Of a stretch of 55,987 bases of DNA, positions 26,323 through 36,195 are shown one piece after another (position 1 is the first letter of the stretch; the number at the start of each line of letters is the position of its first letter). Source of the stretch: a virus (taxonomy: Duplodnaviria; Caudoviricetes); the IMG/VR virus record IMGVR_UViG_3300044675_001342, positions 1 to 55,987 of that record. One strand, given 5' to 3'. The notes under the pieces were generated by a model. The model was not told the DNA's origin. It saw nothing but the letters and a program-made list of their open reading frames with translations, and made no database searches. Made by a program: the position numbers and the translations under genes.

Positions 26323-28794
26323 TTATGCGGGAAGGTATTTTTCAGCACGGCTGTTTGCCGCAACTTTGTTTTTGCCTACTGTCTTGGTGCGTGCCTTCTG
26401 AACCCTGTCCATCATTGCGTACAGCTTGCGTGCGCCAGCTTCCGTGGAGCCGTTGCCCAACTCAGAAACGATACGTGCAGGTACTACAAACTCACCGTCA
26501 GCTAAACGTGCGGGTTGCTTTTCCCCGATTGTGGCAGGAATATCGTCAGATACGCCATCACCCGGCCCGCGCAGCAGTCTGCCGCCATCCGAGTAGGAGC
26601 CGAGGTTGTACATGCCGCCATCAGCCAGCGCAGTAATACCGCCTGCTGCAAACGCAGAGTATTTCATATCAGCATTGGGGTTAATAGCTTGGTTTGTATT
26701 TTCAATCATCGAACTGTAGCCGTTACCCATGCCGTAATTCATATCACCTTGCGCAGCGTTATATCCTGCGGGCATTTGCGTTTGTTCATACATTCGTGAA
26801 TCACCGCCATTAAACGCTGTAGACCCACCAAACTGATTTGTTCCTCCGCCCTGAAGCCCCAAACCATACCGCGAACCGCCCATAGTGCCGCCAAATGCGC
26901 TAGGTTGTTGCTGTGGCTGGAACTGCTGTTGGTATTCTTGCGCGTAGTTCTGGAAGTTTTTGTAATCAGCGCTATTTGTAAAGTCTTGCTGTGCTTTCTG
27001 CATAGATTGGAAACCGGGTAGGCTATTCATCTGTTGCTGCAAGAAATTAGGGCTAGGCTGGCTCATTCCACCTTGCATTTGCGGCCCAAAGTCACCACGA
27101 CCATTTGATCCTTGGTTAAGTAAACCGCCAAGACCGCCACCCATACCACCGCCTTGGCCCACAGGCTGATACTGCCCGCCGCCAAAGCCACCGCCTCCGC
27201 TACCACCCCCTCCACCTTCACCACCTTCACCACCAATATTGATGGGAACGTGCAAGTCAAGGCTACCGCTGCCCGTAGTTCCGCCGTCAGCAAAACCACC
27301 ACGGGTTCCGCGATCACCACCGCCTGATGCGTCACCATCACGCCCACCAGTAGCAGCGCCGCCATCCCCACCGCCATAACCGCCACCGCTGTTTCTACCT
27401 TCGTTGCTGTAGTTGTCGTTTGAGGGTAAATCCGAAGTAGTAATGGGGCTGTACGTTACAGGGGTTGAAACTGCTGCGGCTTGTTGGGCTTGCTCTGCTT
27501 GGGCTGCGGCTTGTTGGGCTTGCTCTGCTTGGGCTTGCTGCAAGGTTCTGTATTGCGCGTACTGGTTAGCCATAGCTTGGTTCTGGGCAGACGCAGCTTC
27601 TGCAACGCTGCTGTACCCCGTGGTATCCACAATAGGCGCAGGGACAGCCTGCTGCCCTAGAAGGGCTGGCAATATTCCGTTTGTGTAGCTATTTACATCA
27701 GGGTTATAACCGGTTTGAGTCGAACCCCCAAGACTTGCAATACCGCCAAAGTCATCCGCACCCCTACTATTACCACCGCTACGTTGTTCTTGTTGTTGCT
27801 CAACTACTTTGGCAATTTCTTTGGTGGCCTCTGCGGCTTTTTCAATTGGGTTTACGACCGGAGCTTTACTGTAAAACAGGAACGGGTTTGGCCCCTCACC
27901 CATTAAGTAGCGTTGTGCTTTTTCAGAATCCGAGCGCCGGTCGTTCAGGTCGCGCCCAGTTAAATCTGGTGCGGAAACGCCGCCCCATACTGGAACACCT
28001 TTTTTAATTTCGTCCGTGGTTGTGCCGCCATCAGCATAACCCTGCGGTTTTGGAACGCCACCCCACTCAATTCCAGGCCTGCTGCCCCACTCGTCAGCCT
28101 TGACTGCTTCGGTCTGGTACGAACGGCCTGTTACGGGGTCTGTCTTAAATTGGCGGATGTAGCCCGGATGAATTTTTGGGGCACCGGAAGTAGGTTGGTC
28201 ATCATAAACGCCGGAGATTGCTGGGGCTGCGGCAAAGCCAAGGTTCATCATGTTGCTTTTCATGAAGTCTGTGGGGGCGCTCATTGCCGTATTAGCCCCG
28301 GCTTGTAGACGGGCGGCTGTAGCAGCAGGGTTTGTTTCTGCGGCGGCGCTTATGCCCGCATCTCTAGCCGCTGATGCCGCATCCATACCTGCGCTTGGAG
28401 CCCCAGCAGATGCCAAACTACCACCAATACCGGCCCCACCGTACGCCCCCATCCCGGCCATGAGGCCTTTGCTCAAATCGCCAGATGCCAACGCCGTGGC
28501 TCCGCCCACTGCAATTGCTGTGCCTGCTGCGCCGCCCAGACCGAACATGCCGCCCACTGCTTGGCCCAAACCCGGCGCAAAGGTATTCAATGCAAACCCG
28601 GCCAGTGCGGGTAGGAGACTGTCCAAGAACCCCGCTTCGGGCAAACCGGTCTGGGGGTTGATCGTCAGCGTGCCGCCGTTGGCCATTGCCAAGGCTTGCA
28701 GCCCATGAACTTCACGAGGCGACATGTGGACAAGCGTGGAATCAGGGCCGCGCCCTGTTGCTGCCATGTGGTTGGCAAGTACGTGTAGGCTCAT
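26323..28794 (-). CDS. Putative internal virion protein with repeated xxDGG motifs
   Basis: N-terminal GRGPDxxLVH...INPQTGLPE domain, C-terminal GPGDGVSDDIPA...LADGEFVV domain, low-complexity middle. Confidence 0.7.
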   Translation of the reverse strand: MSLHVLANHMAATGRGPDSTLVHMSPREVHGLQALAMANGGTLTINPQTGLPEAGFLDSLLPALAGFALNTFAPGLGQAVGGMFGLGGAAGTAIAVGGATALASGDLSKGLMAGMGAYGGAGIGGSLASAGAPSAGMDAASAARDAGISAAAETNPAATAARLQAGANTAMSAPTDFMKSNMMNLGFAAAPAISGVYDDQPTSGAPKIHPGYIRQFKTDPVTGRSYQTEAVKADEWGSRPGIEWGGVPKPQGYADGGTTTDEIKKGVPVWGGVSAPDLTGRDLNDRRSDSEKAQRYLMGEGPNPFLFYSKAPVVNPIEKAAEATKEIAKVVEQQQEQRSGGNSRGADDFGGIASLGGSTQTGYNPDVNSYTNGILPALLGQQAVPAPIVDTTGYSSVAEAASAQNQAMANQYAQYRTLQQAQAEQAQQAAAQAEQAQQAAAVSTPVTYSPITTSDLPSNDNYSNEGRNSGGGYGGGDGGAATGGRDGDASGGGDRGTRGGFADGGTTGSGSLDLHVPINIGGEGGEGGGGGSGGGGFGGGQYQPVGQGGGMGGGLGGLLNQGSNGRGDFGPQMQGGMSQPSPNFLQQQMNSLPGFQSMQKAQQDFTNSADYKNFQNYAQEYQQQFQPQQQPSAFGGTMGGSRYGLGLQGGGTNQFGGSTAFNGGDSRMYEQTQMPAGYNAAQGDMNYGMGNGYSSMIENTNQAINPNADMKYSAFAAGGITALADGGMYNLGSYSDGGRLLRGPGDGVSDDIPATIGEKQPARLADGEFVVPARIVSELGNGSTEAGARKLYAMMDRVQKARTKTVGKNKVAANSRAEKYLPA
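27473..27532. repeat. Perfect 30-nt tandem duplication in coding sequence
   Basis: GCTGCGGCTTGTTGGGCTTGCTCTGCTTGG x2, encoding the QAEQAQQAAA repeat on the - strand. Confidence 0.9.
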
Positions 28795-29090
28795 GTTTTT
28801 ACTTTCAAAACGTTACTAGCCGATGTGTCGTAGTATATATCCCCCACCCGCAAATTGGCTAAATCTGCTTGTGTCGGTAGGCTTGGCGTTGTTGAAGTTC
28901 CCGTAGGAAAAAAGCTCAGGCCCGCAATAATGTCTGTGCCGTTGCGTTGTGTGCTAGCCACCATTGGCCCTGCGTTATCTAGCTGATTAAAGTAAATACG
29001 CAATACGTTTGCTAACTGGTTTATGAGCGCGGGGTCGTATTGCTGCGTTGCAACAGGCAGGCGGGGAGCGGTTACGTTTTTCTGTGCCAT
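28791..29090 (-). CDS. Hypothetical virion-associated protein
   Basis: APRLP...Y...LRIYFNQLD motif; lies in the tail cluster. Confidence 0.7.
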   Translation of the reverse strand: MAQKNVTAPRLPVATQQYDPALINQLANVLRIYFNQLDNAGPMVASTQRNGTDIIAGLSFFPTGTSTTPSLPTQADLANLRVGDIYYDTSASNVLKVKT

Positions 29091-29092
29091 AT

Positions 29093-31462
29093 CTACCGCC
29101 TCCCATCAGGACGCAAATCGAGTCTAGGAGCGCCAAGCTGCCACTGCGTACCAAGCGTATTTGAAGTGATTTTCATCTGCATTTGGCGACCACGAACGCG
29201 AATGTAAATCTGCCCCGTGAACTCATCGACATTGATAGCTGCGGGTACAGGCCCTGTGTGCGTAACCCCGGCGTTGCCGGACTGGGTAATACCTGAGCCT
29301 GAGTTGTTCAAACCTTGTAGGTACATAGTCACAGCAGGCGTCGTGCCTTCGGTAGACCCACTAAATGTCAAGTCAGGCAGCATGCGATACACAAAGGCCA
29401 TGTTATGCCCATCCCCAATATCAAACTGGGAAGATGTGATGGATGCAGCAATAGCTGTTGCGGGAGAAGAAACCCCATCGTTAACACCGTTTTCATGTTC
29501 AACAATGTTGTAGCTGTAAGTAGCTGCAAGTGGGTAGTCACGTAGGCTGGTATCTAGCCAAGCGGTGCGCCCCATTGTGCCGTATTGCCAAATATCTTCG
29601 GTGTAGTTATATATGACGTACTTATCAATGACAGTGCTGCTTGACGAGCAATAGAAAAACCAGACCTCATTGAAGCCTTCGTTAGTACTAGCAAATACTT
29701 GCAGTGCTTGTTGGCGGTTTATGTCGTTATAAACATATCGAAGCAAGTCACAGCGCAACGTCTGTACACGACCATCATATTTGTAGAACTTATCCACCCC
29801 CATCCAATAGCTGACACCAGAGGCCATTGCTGCTGCATTTGGGCCAAGGATAGAAATATTGTCCGCAAGAAGCTGTGTACCCCAGACATATGGTGGGCCA
29901 AGGTACTGCAATGAGTACAGCGATGAGTCTGTCCACACCAAAATCTCTTGGCGACTTTGCAGGGTGGTAATAATTTCAGACCCATGCGACAAACGTACAC
30001 TACCTGCCTGATTGGTAATAGCGGGGAACCATGTAGTCAAAGACTCTTGATCCGACCAGCGGATAAGCATCGGGTCAAGCGTTGTGCTGCCGTAGTCGTT
30101 TGTGCCAAACACAATTAGGAACCGGCTGGCATCCGAAATAGTAAACGTGTTTTGGTACAGCGGGCACGAGCCGTCAGACCCAGCAAGGCTAGACAACAAA
30201 ATGCCCCGAGGGGAAACAACTTGTGTACCTGACTGCGTACCGGAAGTATTAATGGTCGTTGATAGGGTGTAAGTAAGCCCTGTTGGAGTGCCCGCCGTGG
30301 TTGTGACCCCCGAACCCCCCGCAGTGGTGGACAGGGTGAATGTTGTGGAGTTGTTAGTGGCAATGATGTAGTACGTAGTGGGGTTTACATATCCCGTAAT
30401 AGACCCAGTACCGCCGTATGCGCCACTAATTGTGAGGGACTGCCCAACTGCCAAAGGCGTACTTGAAGCGGTACAACTAAACTGCCCTGCTATGCCTGTA
30501 ATAACTACGCCCGATAGTGTTGCGCTTGCAGTAGCCGATGTAGCTAAATTAAACGTACTGGAAGTCAGATACTTAACGTAGTACGTAACTCCCGGCAACA
30601 GCCCTGTTGGCAGCGCACCTGTTGTAGCCAGTGTAATGGGGGTTAAATCCGCAAAAATAACGGTAGTGCTTGAAACAACGCATGGAGAAGCAACGGTCAT
30701 TGTTACCGTTACGTTTTGATACCCTGTATTGGCATCCCAGTAATACAAAGGAAAACCTCGTGGGCCATAAACTAGGTCTTCACCCCAGTTCAATTGGTTC
30801 CAAATACGAATACCCGCATCTGCGGGAGCAACTGTTCCGCCAACACCCCACACACCGCTACCCCAAGTGCTTGCCCCCCACCCATCCAATGGGGTGTACG
30901 TAGAGGAACCAACCGTAACTTGGTAGACAGCGTAAACCGTACCACCGCCAGTAGTAGAAGAAGATGCAGTGCCTAAAACACTGATAGTGTACGTGGACGC
31001 ACTTATATAGGTAAGTTGGTATTCCCCCGACACAGTAACCCCACCAACAGCAGTGCCGCCATAAAAAGTAACGTAATCTCCATTGGCAAACCCCGGAGTT
31101 GCCGTTACTGTTACCGTTGTGTACCCACCAGAATTTGTTGCTGTGCTTGTAGTAAACGGGTTAGTTAGTGTGTCACTTGTACGGATTGGGGTGATGTCGT
31201 AGTACGCACCGCCGTTTTCAATATAAAACTTTTCAGAAGTTCCAACCCCCAGCAAGTTCTGTCCTGCCAGAGTTATCCAGTTCCACAAGGAACGACAAAC
31301 CCCCAAGAATGTAAACGCCGAAATACGCTGCCAGCCGCCTATCTTTTCGGGCGTGCCTTGACGAAATCGCACCTTGTCGGACTCATACCAACCGCCTTCG
31401 TTGGTATACCGAGTGTTTTCTCTATTTACGCCACTTTTTAGTGTCAATTTTTGCAAAGTCAT
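29093..31462 (-). CDS. Tail nozzle/tube-like structural protein
   Basis: 789 aa, beta-rich; IRWSDQE, WTD, WMG motifs; position next to ejection proteins. Confidence 0.7.
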   Translation of the reverse strand: MTLQKLTLKSGVNRENTRYTNEGGWYESDKVRFRQGTPEKIGGWQRISAFTFLGVCRSLWNWITLAGQNLLGVGTSEKFYIENGGAYYDITPIRTSDTLTNPFTTSTATNSGGYTTVTVTATPGFANGDYVTFYGGTAVGGVTVSGEYQLTYISASTYTISVLGTASSSTTGGGTVYAVYQVTVGSSTYTPLDGWGASTWGSGVWGVGGTVAPADAGIRIWNQLNWGEDLVYGPRGFPLYYWDANTGYQNVTVTMTVASPCVVSSTTVIFADLTPITLATTGALPTGLLPGVTYYVKYLTSSTFNLATSATASATLSGVVITGIAGQFSCTASSTPLAVGQSLTISGAYGGTGSITGYVNPTTYYIIATNNSTTFTLSTTAGGSGVTTTAGTPTGLTYTLSTTINTSGTQSGTQVVSPRGILLSSLAGSDGSCPLYQNTFTISDASRFLIVFGTNDYGSTTLDPMLIRWSDQESLTTWFPAITNQAGSVRLSHGSEIITTLQSRQEILVWTDSSLYSLQYLGPPYVWGTQLLADNISILGPNAAAMASGVSYWMGVDKFYKYDGRVQTLRCDLLRYVYNDINRQQALQVFASTNEGFNEVWFFYCSSSSTVIDKYVIYNYTEDIWQYGTMGRTAWLDTSLRDYPLAATYSYNIVEHENGVNDGVSSPATAIAASITSSQFDIGDGHNMAFVYRMLPDLTFSGSTEGTTPAVTMYLQGLNNSGSGITQSGNAGVTHTGPVPAAINVDEFTGQIYIRVRGRQMQMKITSNTLGTQWQLGAPRLDLRPDGRR

Positions 31463-31470
31463 GTTATAAT
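31441..31470 (+). promoter_or_regulatory. Extended -10 promoter for the antisense endonuclease
   Basis: TGtTATAAT (31462-31470) with GTGTCA 18 nt upstream of the hexamer; followed by AAGGAG RBS and ATG 31495. Confidence 0.6.
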
Positions 31471-31494
31471 CTCCATGTCTACAAGGAGAACACT

Positions 31495-32313
31495 ATGTAC
31501 GTTTATGTTTGGAAATCTAAAGAAGGCATCCCATTTTATGTTGGCATGAGCCAAAACATACGCCGCCCAAGCCCAAAAAGTGTGGGGCATAGAAACAAAG
31601 CCTGCGCTTTGATGGTTCAAGACGTTGGCGCGGACAATGTAATTATTGAGCTTCATACAGTGCCCGATGCTACTACCGCAAAACTTTTGGAGCAATCTCT
31701 TATAGCCCAGTACGGGCGTTTGGTTAATGGCTCTGGCACACTAACAAATATATCTGTTGGGGGAGAATTCCATGAAGTAGGAGACACTACAAAAACTTTA
31801 TTAAAAGAATTGTGGAGCAATCCCGCACATCGGGTCAAAACAGTAACGGCACGTGCAGGAAAAAAACGCTCTTTAGCTGAAACAACTAAGGCGGCACTGC
31901 GCCAAAACTTAACCAACAACCTCGCCATGAAAGGCTGGTCTGAACGCAACGGAATAGACCCTGACTTTGATGCCAAGCGTATTGCAGGCATTAAAGCCGC
32001 CCAACCCAAAAGAGCAGAAAAGATGCGTGACCCGGTTGCTTTAGCGCAGCGTAAAGAACGATTAAAAGCAACCATGAATTCTCCTGAGTACAAAGCTAAA
32101 CGCGCCCTGTGGGACACCCCAGAGTACCGCGCAAAGTTGTCAGAAAATAAAAAAGCATATTGGGCTAAGCGTAAGGTCGAGTCCCGGATGCATCAATTAT
32201 TAACACTTGTTTGCGCGGAGTTGCACCCATTGTATTTGGGACAGAGATGTGTGTCCATCCCCCTCCGTTTGGCTTTGCAAACTCGCGGATTAACTGGTCG
32301 AAGGGTAGTTTAG
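31495..32313 (+). CDS. GIY-YIG-like homing endonuclease, opposite strand
   Basis: MYVYVW...FYVGMS...R...LEQxLI...LTN catalytic pattern; basic repetitive C-terminus. Confidence 0.8.
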   Translation: MYVYVWKSKEGIPFYVGMSQNIRRPSPKSVGHRNKACALMVQDVGADNVIIELHTVPDATTAKLLEQSLIAQYGRLVNGSGTLTNISVGGEFHEVGDTTKTLLKELWSNPAHRVKTVTARAGKKRSLAETTKAALRQNLTNNLAMKGWSERNGIDPDFDAKRIAGIKAAQPKRAEKMRDPVALAQRKERLKATMNSPEYKAKRALWDTPEYRAKLSENKKAYWAKRKVESRMHQLLTLVCAELHPLYLGQRCVSIPLRLALQTRGLTGRRVV

Positions 32314-32608
32314 CAGCTATCACTGCTTTTACAACCTGATCTGGGGTCACGCCGGGAACGCGAATATCAGCAGCGCAACCTATCCGGTGCTGAGAGGTGT
32401 CTTTGGAGCCAACCGCGTCATTGACCTGCTTAGATCGGAAGGCGGAGTTGACCATGATGGGTTTACCTCCAAGCGCCACCTTGACCAACTCCAGTAAGCC
32501 AGCCAGTCGCACCAGATTTGCTCGTTCTGCTTCATTAGGTGTGTTGTCAAACTCACGGTGGTCTGTGGTAGTTAGCTCTTCAAGGGTGAAGTGTTCAGTT
32601 AGGTTCAT
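32165..32608 (-). CDS. Endolysin, peptidase M15-like
   Basis: SAFRS...N..VG...SQHRIGCAADI...WTHIS Zn ligands. Confidence 0.9.
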   Translation of the reverse strand: MNLTEHFTLEELTTTDHREFDNTPNEAERANLVRLAGLLELVKVALGGKPIMVNSAFRSKQVNDAVGSKDTSQHRIGCAADIRVPGVTPDQVVKAVIAAKLPFDQLIREFAKPNGGGWTHISVPNTMGATPRKQVLIIDASGTRPYA

Positions 32609-33012
32609 TTTGATGCCTTGTCTTGTAGCTTCTCAGCCGTACGCAAACCACCAAGGCCAAGCATCCCCAGCAGTAGCGGCATCATGGTTCCGGTGTCCAT
32701 CTGGGGGAACTTGACGGGATGGCCTGCCAGCGCAGCGCCCCACTCAGCCAGCGGGCCGATGACGAACTGGACGGCAAAGCCTGCACCACACACCCAGCCG
32801 ATGCTTGGACGCCATCCACTGACGAATAGGCTGGAGCTTGCCGCCTCTACCTTGTTGATGTCCATCTGCCCCGTAATCTGGGCCAATTCTCCGTTCTGCT
32901 GGAGCTTCATCAACTCCAGCTTGGCTGCGGCCTGCTGGGCGGGGTCAGGCAATACGCGGTCTAGGACTTTGCTGCCGACTTCAAACAATGCGGATACGGG
33001 ATCAAGTGCCAT
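32605..33012 (-). CDS. Holin (3TM/GTA-type)
   Basis: SGWRPSIGWVC, LLGMLGLGGLRTxEK; adjacent to the endolysin. Confidence 0.85.
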   Translation of the reverse strand: MALDPVSALFEVGSKVLDRVLPDPAQQAAAKLELMKLQQNGELAQITGQMDINKVEAASSSLFVSGWRPSIGWVCGAGFAVQFVIGPLAEWGAALAGHPVKFPQMDTGTMMPLLLGMLGLGGLRTAEKLQDKASK

Positions 33013-33232
33013 CTGGGGCTCCTTTGTTGGTGCGGATATCTACGATGCGCTCGGCAGTCTTACCGGCAAAGATGGCGGTAATCACAATAATCATTGCTTG
33101 GCCCAGCAGGTCAACATACGCGCCCCGAGTCTCCATTTCAAAGACGGACAGCAGCGCGAAAAAGAAGTATGAAAACAGTAAAAAAATTACCGTCACCGGC
33201 TGGATGTTTTTGGCTAACCATGATTCGTTCAT
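33002..33232 (-). CDS. Two-TM membrane protein (lysis-associated)
   Basis: Two hydrophobic helices; lies in the lysis cassette. Confidence 0.65.
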   Translation of the reverse strand: MNESWLAKNIQPVTVIFLLFSYFFFALLSVFEMETRGAYVDLLGQAMIIVITAIFAGKTAERIVDIRTNKGAPDGT

Positions 33233-33537
33233 CTTGCCTTCTCCATAATCTTGGCCCGCAGTGCGGGGCTATCTGAAGTACCTGCCCACTCAGGTAGGGC
33301 ATTCCAAATTAAGACGTAATCATCCCCACTGCACTTTGCCCCATCTAGCCACGCCAGCATAGCTTTGTGCCGCTCCAAAGGGTCGTGCATTGTTAAACCA
33401 ATAACGTACAACTCCTGTACCGCGCAGCTTGTCTGCTTTGGCCTTTCTTGCCTTCTTGGGGGCTCCGTAGACAGTATGAGCTTGTCCCCTGCCGAAGCCG
33501 CTGAAAACAGCAGCACAAAAACCAGAAACAAGCGCAT
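33229..33537 (-). CDS. Secreted/periplasmic hypothetical protein
   Basis: Signal-peptide-like N-terminus (MRLFLVFVLLFSAASA). Confidence 0.6.
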   Translation of the reverse strand: MRLFLVFVLLFSAASAGDKLILSTEPPRRQERPKQTSCAVQELYVIGLTMHDPLERHKAMLAWLDGAKCSGDDYVLIWNALPEWAGTSDSPALRAKIMEKAR

Positions 33538-33591
33538 TCATGGCCTAACTCTTGCCTATCAAGTAGCGTACAGGGTCTATCTCTGGGGAAT

Positions 33592-33855
33592 TCATTTTGG
33601 ATACTTAGCTTTAACTGCTTGGCAGTCAGCAATGTACTTTGCAATTTGCGCCTGATCGCTTTTCACCACCCCGTCAAGGTAGTCGGTGTACGGCGGGTAT
33701 TCAGCAGCACGCTTTTCGGCGTAGGTTGGTGTATACACAGGGCGTAGTGCTTCAGCTTCTTCGTCCGTGATCTGGACAGAGCCTTCTGGGAGCAGATGCG
33801 CGTAGGCATCATCATCAAGGAAGTGCAAGGAGTTGTCTGGGGCTTTGTAGTGCAT
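33592..33855 (-). CDS. Tail fibre assembly/chaperone-like protein
   Basis: YAEKRxxEYP...VKAKYPK motif; directly after the tail fibre. Confidence 0.7.
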   Translation of the reverse strand: MHYKAPDNSLHFLDDDAYAHLLPEGSVQITDEEAEALRPVYTPTYAEKRAAEYPPYTDYLDGVVKSDQAQIAKYIADCQAVKAKYPK

Positions 33856-33865
33856 GATTTATCCT

Positions 33866-35944
33866 TTAGCGGAGTTCCCACCAAGTTGCAAGAGTCGCTG
33901 CGGCAGCAGAAACCACGTAGCTAGCCCCAACTGGTACGGTAAAATTAAATGTTGGGTTTGTTACTGCGGATGCGTTATATGCGGTAATAATATTTACCGC
34001 GCTGCCGCAAGTAACGGTAACATTTCCACTACCTGTTTGGTTGCCACTAACTGCGATTTGTATTGGTTTTCCAGTGGTGTTGTAATAAGTAGTGCCAAAT
34101 GCCCTGCTGCCGGTAACATTCTGCCAAGTCTGTCCATATCCCAACGAACTCATAGCAGTCAGGGCATTGCCGCCAGCGCCTTGGATAGTTGATGGGGCAG
34201 TAGCCCAAGTACCAGCAGTGGCTTGAGTGGATTCAACGTAGCCAACAACACGGAACGGCACCGATGTGCGCGCTGTGGTGGAGTAAATAACATTATTTGA
34301 GTCTGCCGTCACACTAAGTGCCGTGGTGCTGATTAAGGTTGTTTCATCAAGGTTATTACCACCAGCGATATTTACCACCGCCAATTCAACCGTACCGGCG
34401 TTATCTATGGCGAGAACAATAATGCGAGATTGCGTAGCATTTACTGTTCCTAATGTAGCTGTAGAAGGTACAACCACTGATATTGCAGAACTAACCGTTC
34501 TACGATTAACCGTACCACTTGTTAAAGTAGAACTACGAAAATCTAATGCTATAGGATTTAAAGTAGCTGTTAAAGCACTAGAAGCAACTGATGCAGTTAT
34601 AGGCAGTATTTCATACTGCGCTGTAGGCGCAGTGCTTGCCCATGTTGTTCCGTTGCTGGTAAGCACATTGCCTGATGTACTGGGGGCTATTGCTTGAAGT
34701 GCTGAAGTCCCATTGCCTAGCAGCACATTGTTTGCTGTCAAGGTCGCCGCACCCGTACCGCCAGAAGCGACTGCAAGGGTAGCCGATAGGCCCGCAGCAG
34801 TTCCAGTCGTATTTTGGTTGAGCGTAGGAACATCCGCCGCAACAATCGCCCTAAATGTGGGCACTCCGGCTGCTCCGTTAGGCGCTGCTAAAACAAAATT
34901 TGCTGTCTTAGAAGCATATGGGTTTTGTGTATCGCCATACGAAGCTGCCAAGCTAATAACAGGTGTTGTTGTCCCCGTTGCAACACTGACGGGGGATGTA
35001 CCTGTGACCGATGTTACTGTGCCGCCTGTACCAGTGGCATTAATTGTGATAGCTCCTGACGCATTTGTAATTGTGACCCCAGTACCAGCAGTCAGAGTGG
35101 CGCGAGTAAAACCCGTACCGTTACCGATGTCCAATGCGCCGTTTGCTGGAGTAGTTGCTAACCCTGTACCGCCGTTGGCAACAGGAAGCGTACCGGTAAC
35201 GCCGGTAGAAAGTGGTAGGCCCGTCAAATTGGTGGCTGTGCCAGATGAAGGCGTACCCAATACGCCACCATTTACTACGACTGCACCCGCAGAGCCTACG
35301 TTTACGCCGAGAGCAGTGACCACACCCGTACCAGTAGTTGTAGTAGCAGGAGCTACGCCCGCGCCACCCCCTAGCACCAAAGCGCTAGCGGTCAATGCCG
35401 CCGAACTTGCAATTGTTCCGGTTGCCGAATAGTAGGGCACGCCACCTGATGTGCCGGAAGTAAGTCCTGTGCCACCATTAGCAACTGGAAGTACGCCGGT
35501 CAAGTTGGATATTGTGCTTGACGCAATTTTTACGTAGTCAGTGCCGTTCCAAGCAACAATTGCTTTCTCTCCATCAACCAGCGTGATGCCGGTAGTGGCT
35601 GCGCCTTTGACGGTGAGCAAAAATCCACCAGTAGCGGCGGTGTTGTTGATGATGTAGTAACGGCTGCTGCTGGGTACGATCAAATTGCGGGCGGCTGTTT
35701 TGGCCCCGCTGACGTTTATGATGGCGTACTGCGCTGTCGTTGAAGTGATCCCCGTTGCAGCGCTTGTGCCTTGTGTGAGCGTGAGCGTGACATCTGCCGT
35801 TGTAATAGCTACTGACAGGCCCCCGGCAATGGCGATGTCCAGGTAAGCTGTGATGGCGTTGTTTACGTCATCACCCCAAGTGCCTGATTCCGTCCCAGTG
35901 ACTGGTAGGCCAAGGGCTAGGTTGGTTGTGTAATTAACAGTCAT
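33866..35944 (-). CDS. Tail fibre protein
   Basis: GTWG N-terminus, repeated LPVANGGTG motifs, C-terminal LGYGQTWQ...YYNTTGKPI domain. Confidence 0.85.
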   Translation of the reverse strand: MTVNYTTNLALGLPVTGTESGTWGDDVNNAITAYLDIAIAGGLSVAITTADVTLTLTQGTSAATGITSTTAQYAIINVSGAKTAARNLIVPSSSRYYIINNTAATGGFLLTVKGAATTGITLVDGEKAIVAWNGTDYVKIASSTISNLTGVLPVANGGTGLTSGTSGGVPYYSATGTIASSAALTASALVLGGGAGVAPATTTTGTGVVTALGVNVGSAGAVVVNGGVLGTPSSGTATNLTGLPLSTGVTGTLPVANGGTGLATTPANGALDIGNGTGFTRATLTAGTGVTITNASGAITINATGTGGTVTSVTGTSPVSVATGTTTPVISLAASYGDTQNPYASKTANFVLAAPNGAAGVPTFRAIVAADVPTLNQNTTGTAAGLSATLAVASGGTGAATLTANNVLLGNGTSALQAIAPSTSGNVLTSNGTTWASTAPTAQYEILPITASVASSALTATLNPIALDFRSSTLTSGTVNRRTVSSAISVVVPSTATLGTVNATQSRIIVLAIDNAGTVELAVVNIAGGNNLDETTLISTTALSVTADSNNVIYSTTARTSVPFRVVGYVESTQATAGTWATAPSTIQGAGGNALTAMSSLGYGQTWQNVTGSRAFGTTYYNTTGKPIQIAVSGNQTGSGNVTVTCGSAVNIITAYNASAVTNPTFNFTVPVGASYVVSAAAATLATWWELR

Positions 35945-35953
35945 GTTTTACCT

Positions 35954-36190
35954 CTAAGTGGTCGTGTCGCCCTGCTCAGGCGGTGTGGAATATTCTACCC
36001 ATTGTTGCTCGGTTTGGCTCCATGACCAATTACCTTCTGGCTGTACTGGACGTACTACCCATCCCGGTGGATACCACCATACAACCTCATATCCTTCTGC
36101 AACAGGATTTGGGGGATAGCCGACTTCAATCCAGCCTTCAGTGCCATCTGTTTCGGTTTTTGGAATTGAGCCAAGTTTTGAATAAAGCAT
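35954..36190 (-). CDS. Hypothetical tail-associated protein
   Basis: 78 aa, Trp-rich. Confidence 0.65.
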   Translation of the reverse strand: MLYSKLGSIPKTETDGTEGWIEVGYPPNPVAEGYEVVWWYPPGWVVRPVQPEGNWSWSQTEQQWVEYSTPPEQGDTTT

Positions 36191-36195
36191 AATTT

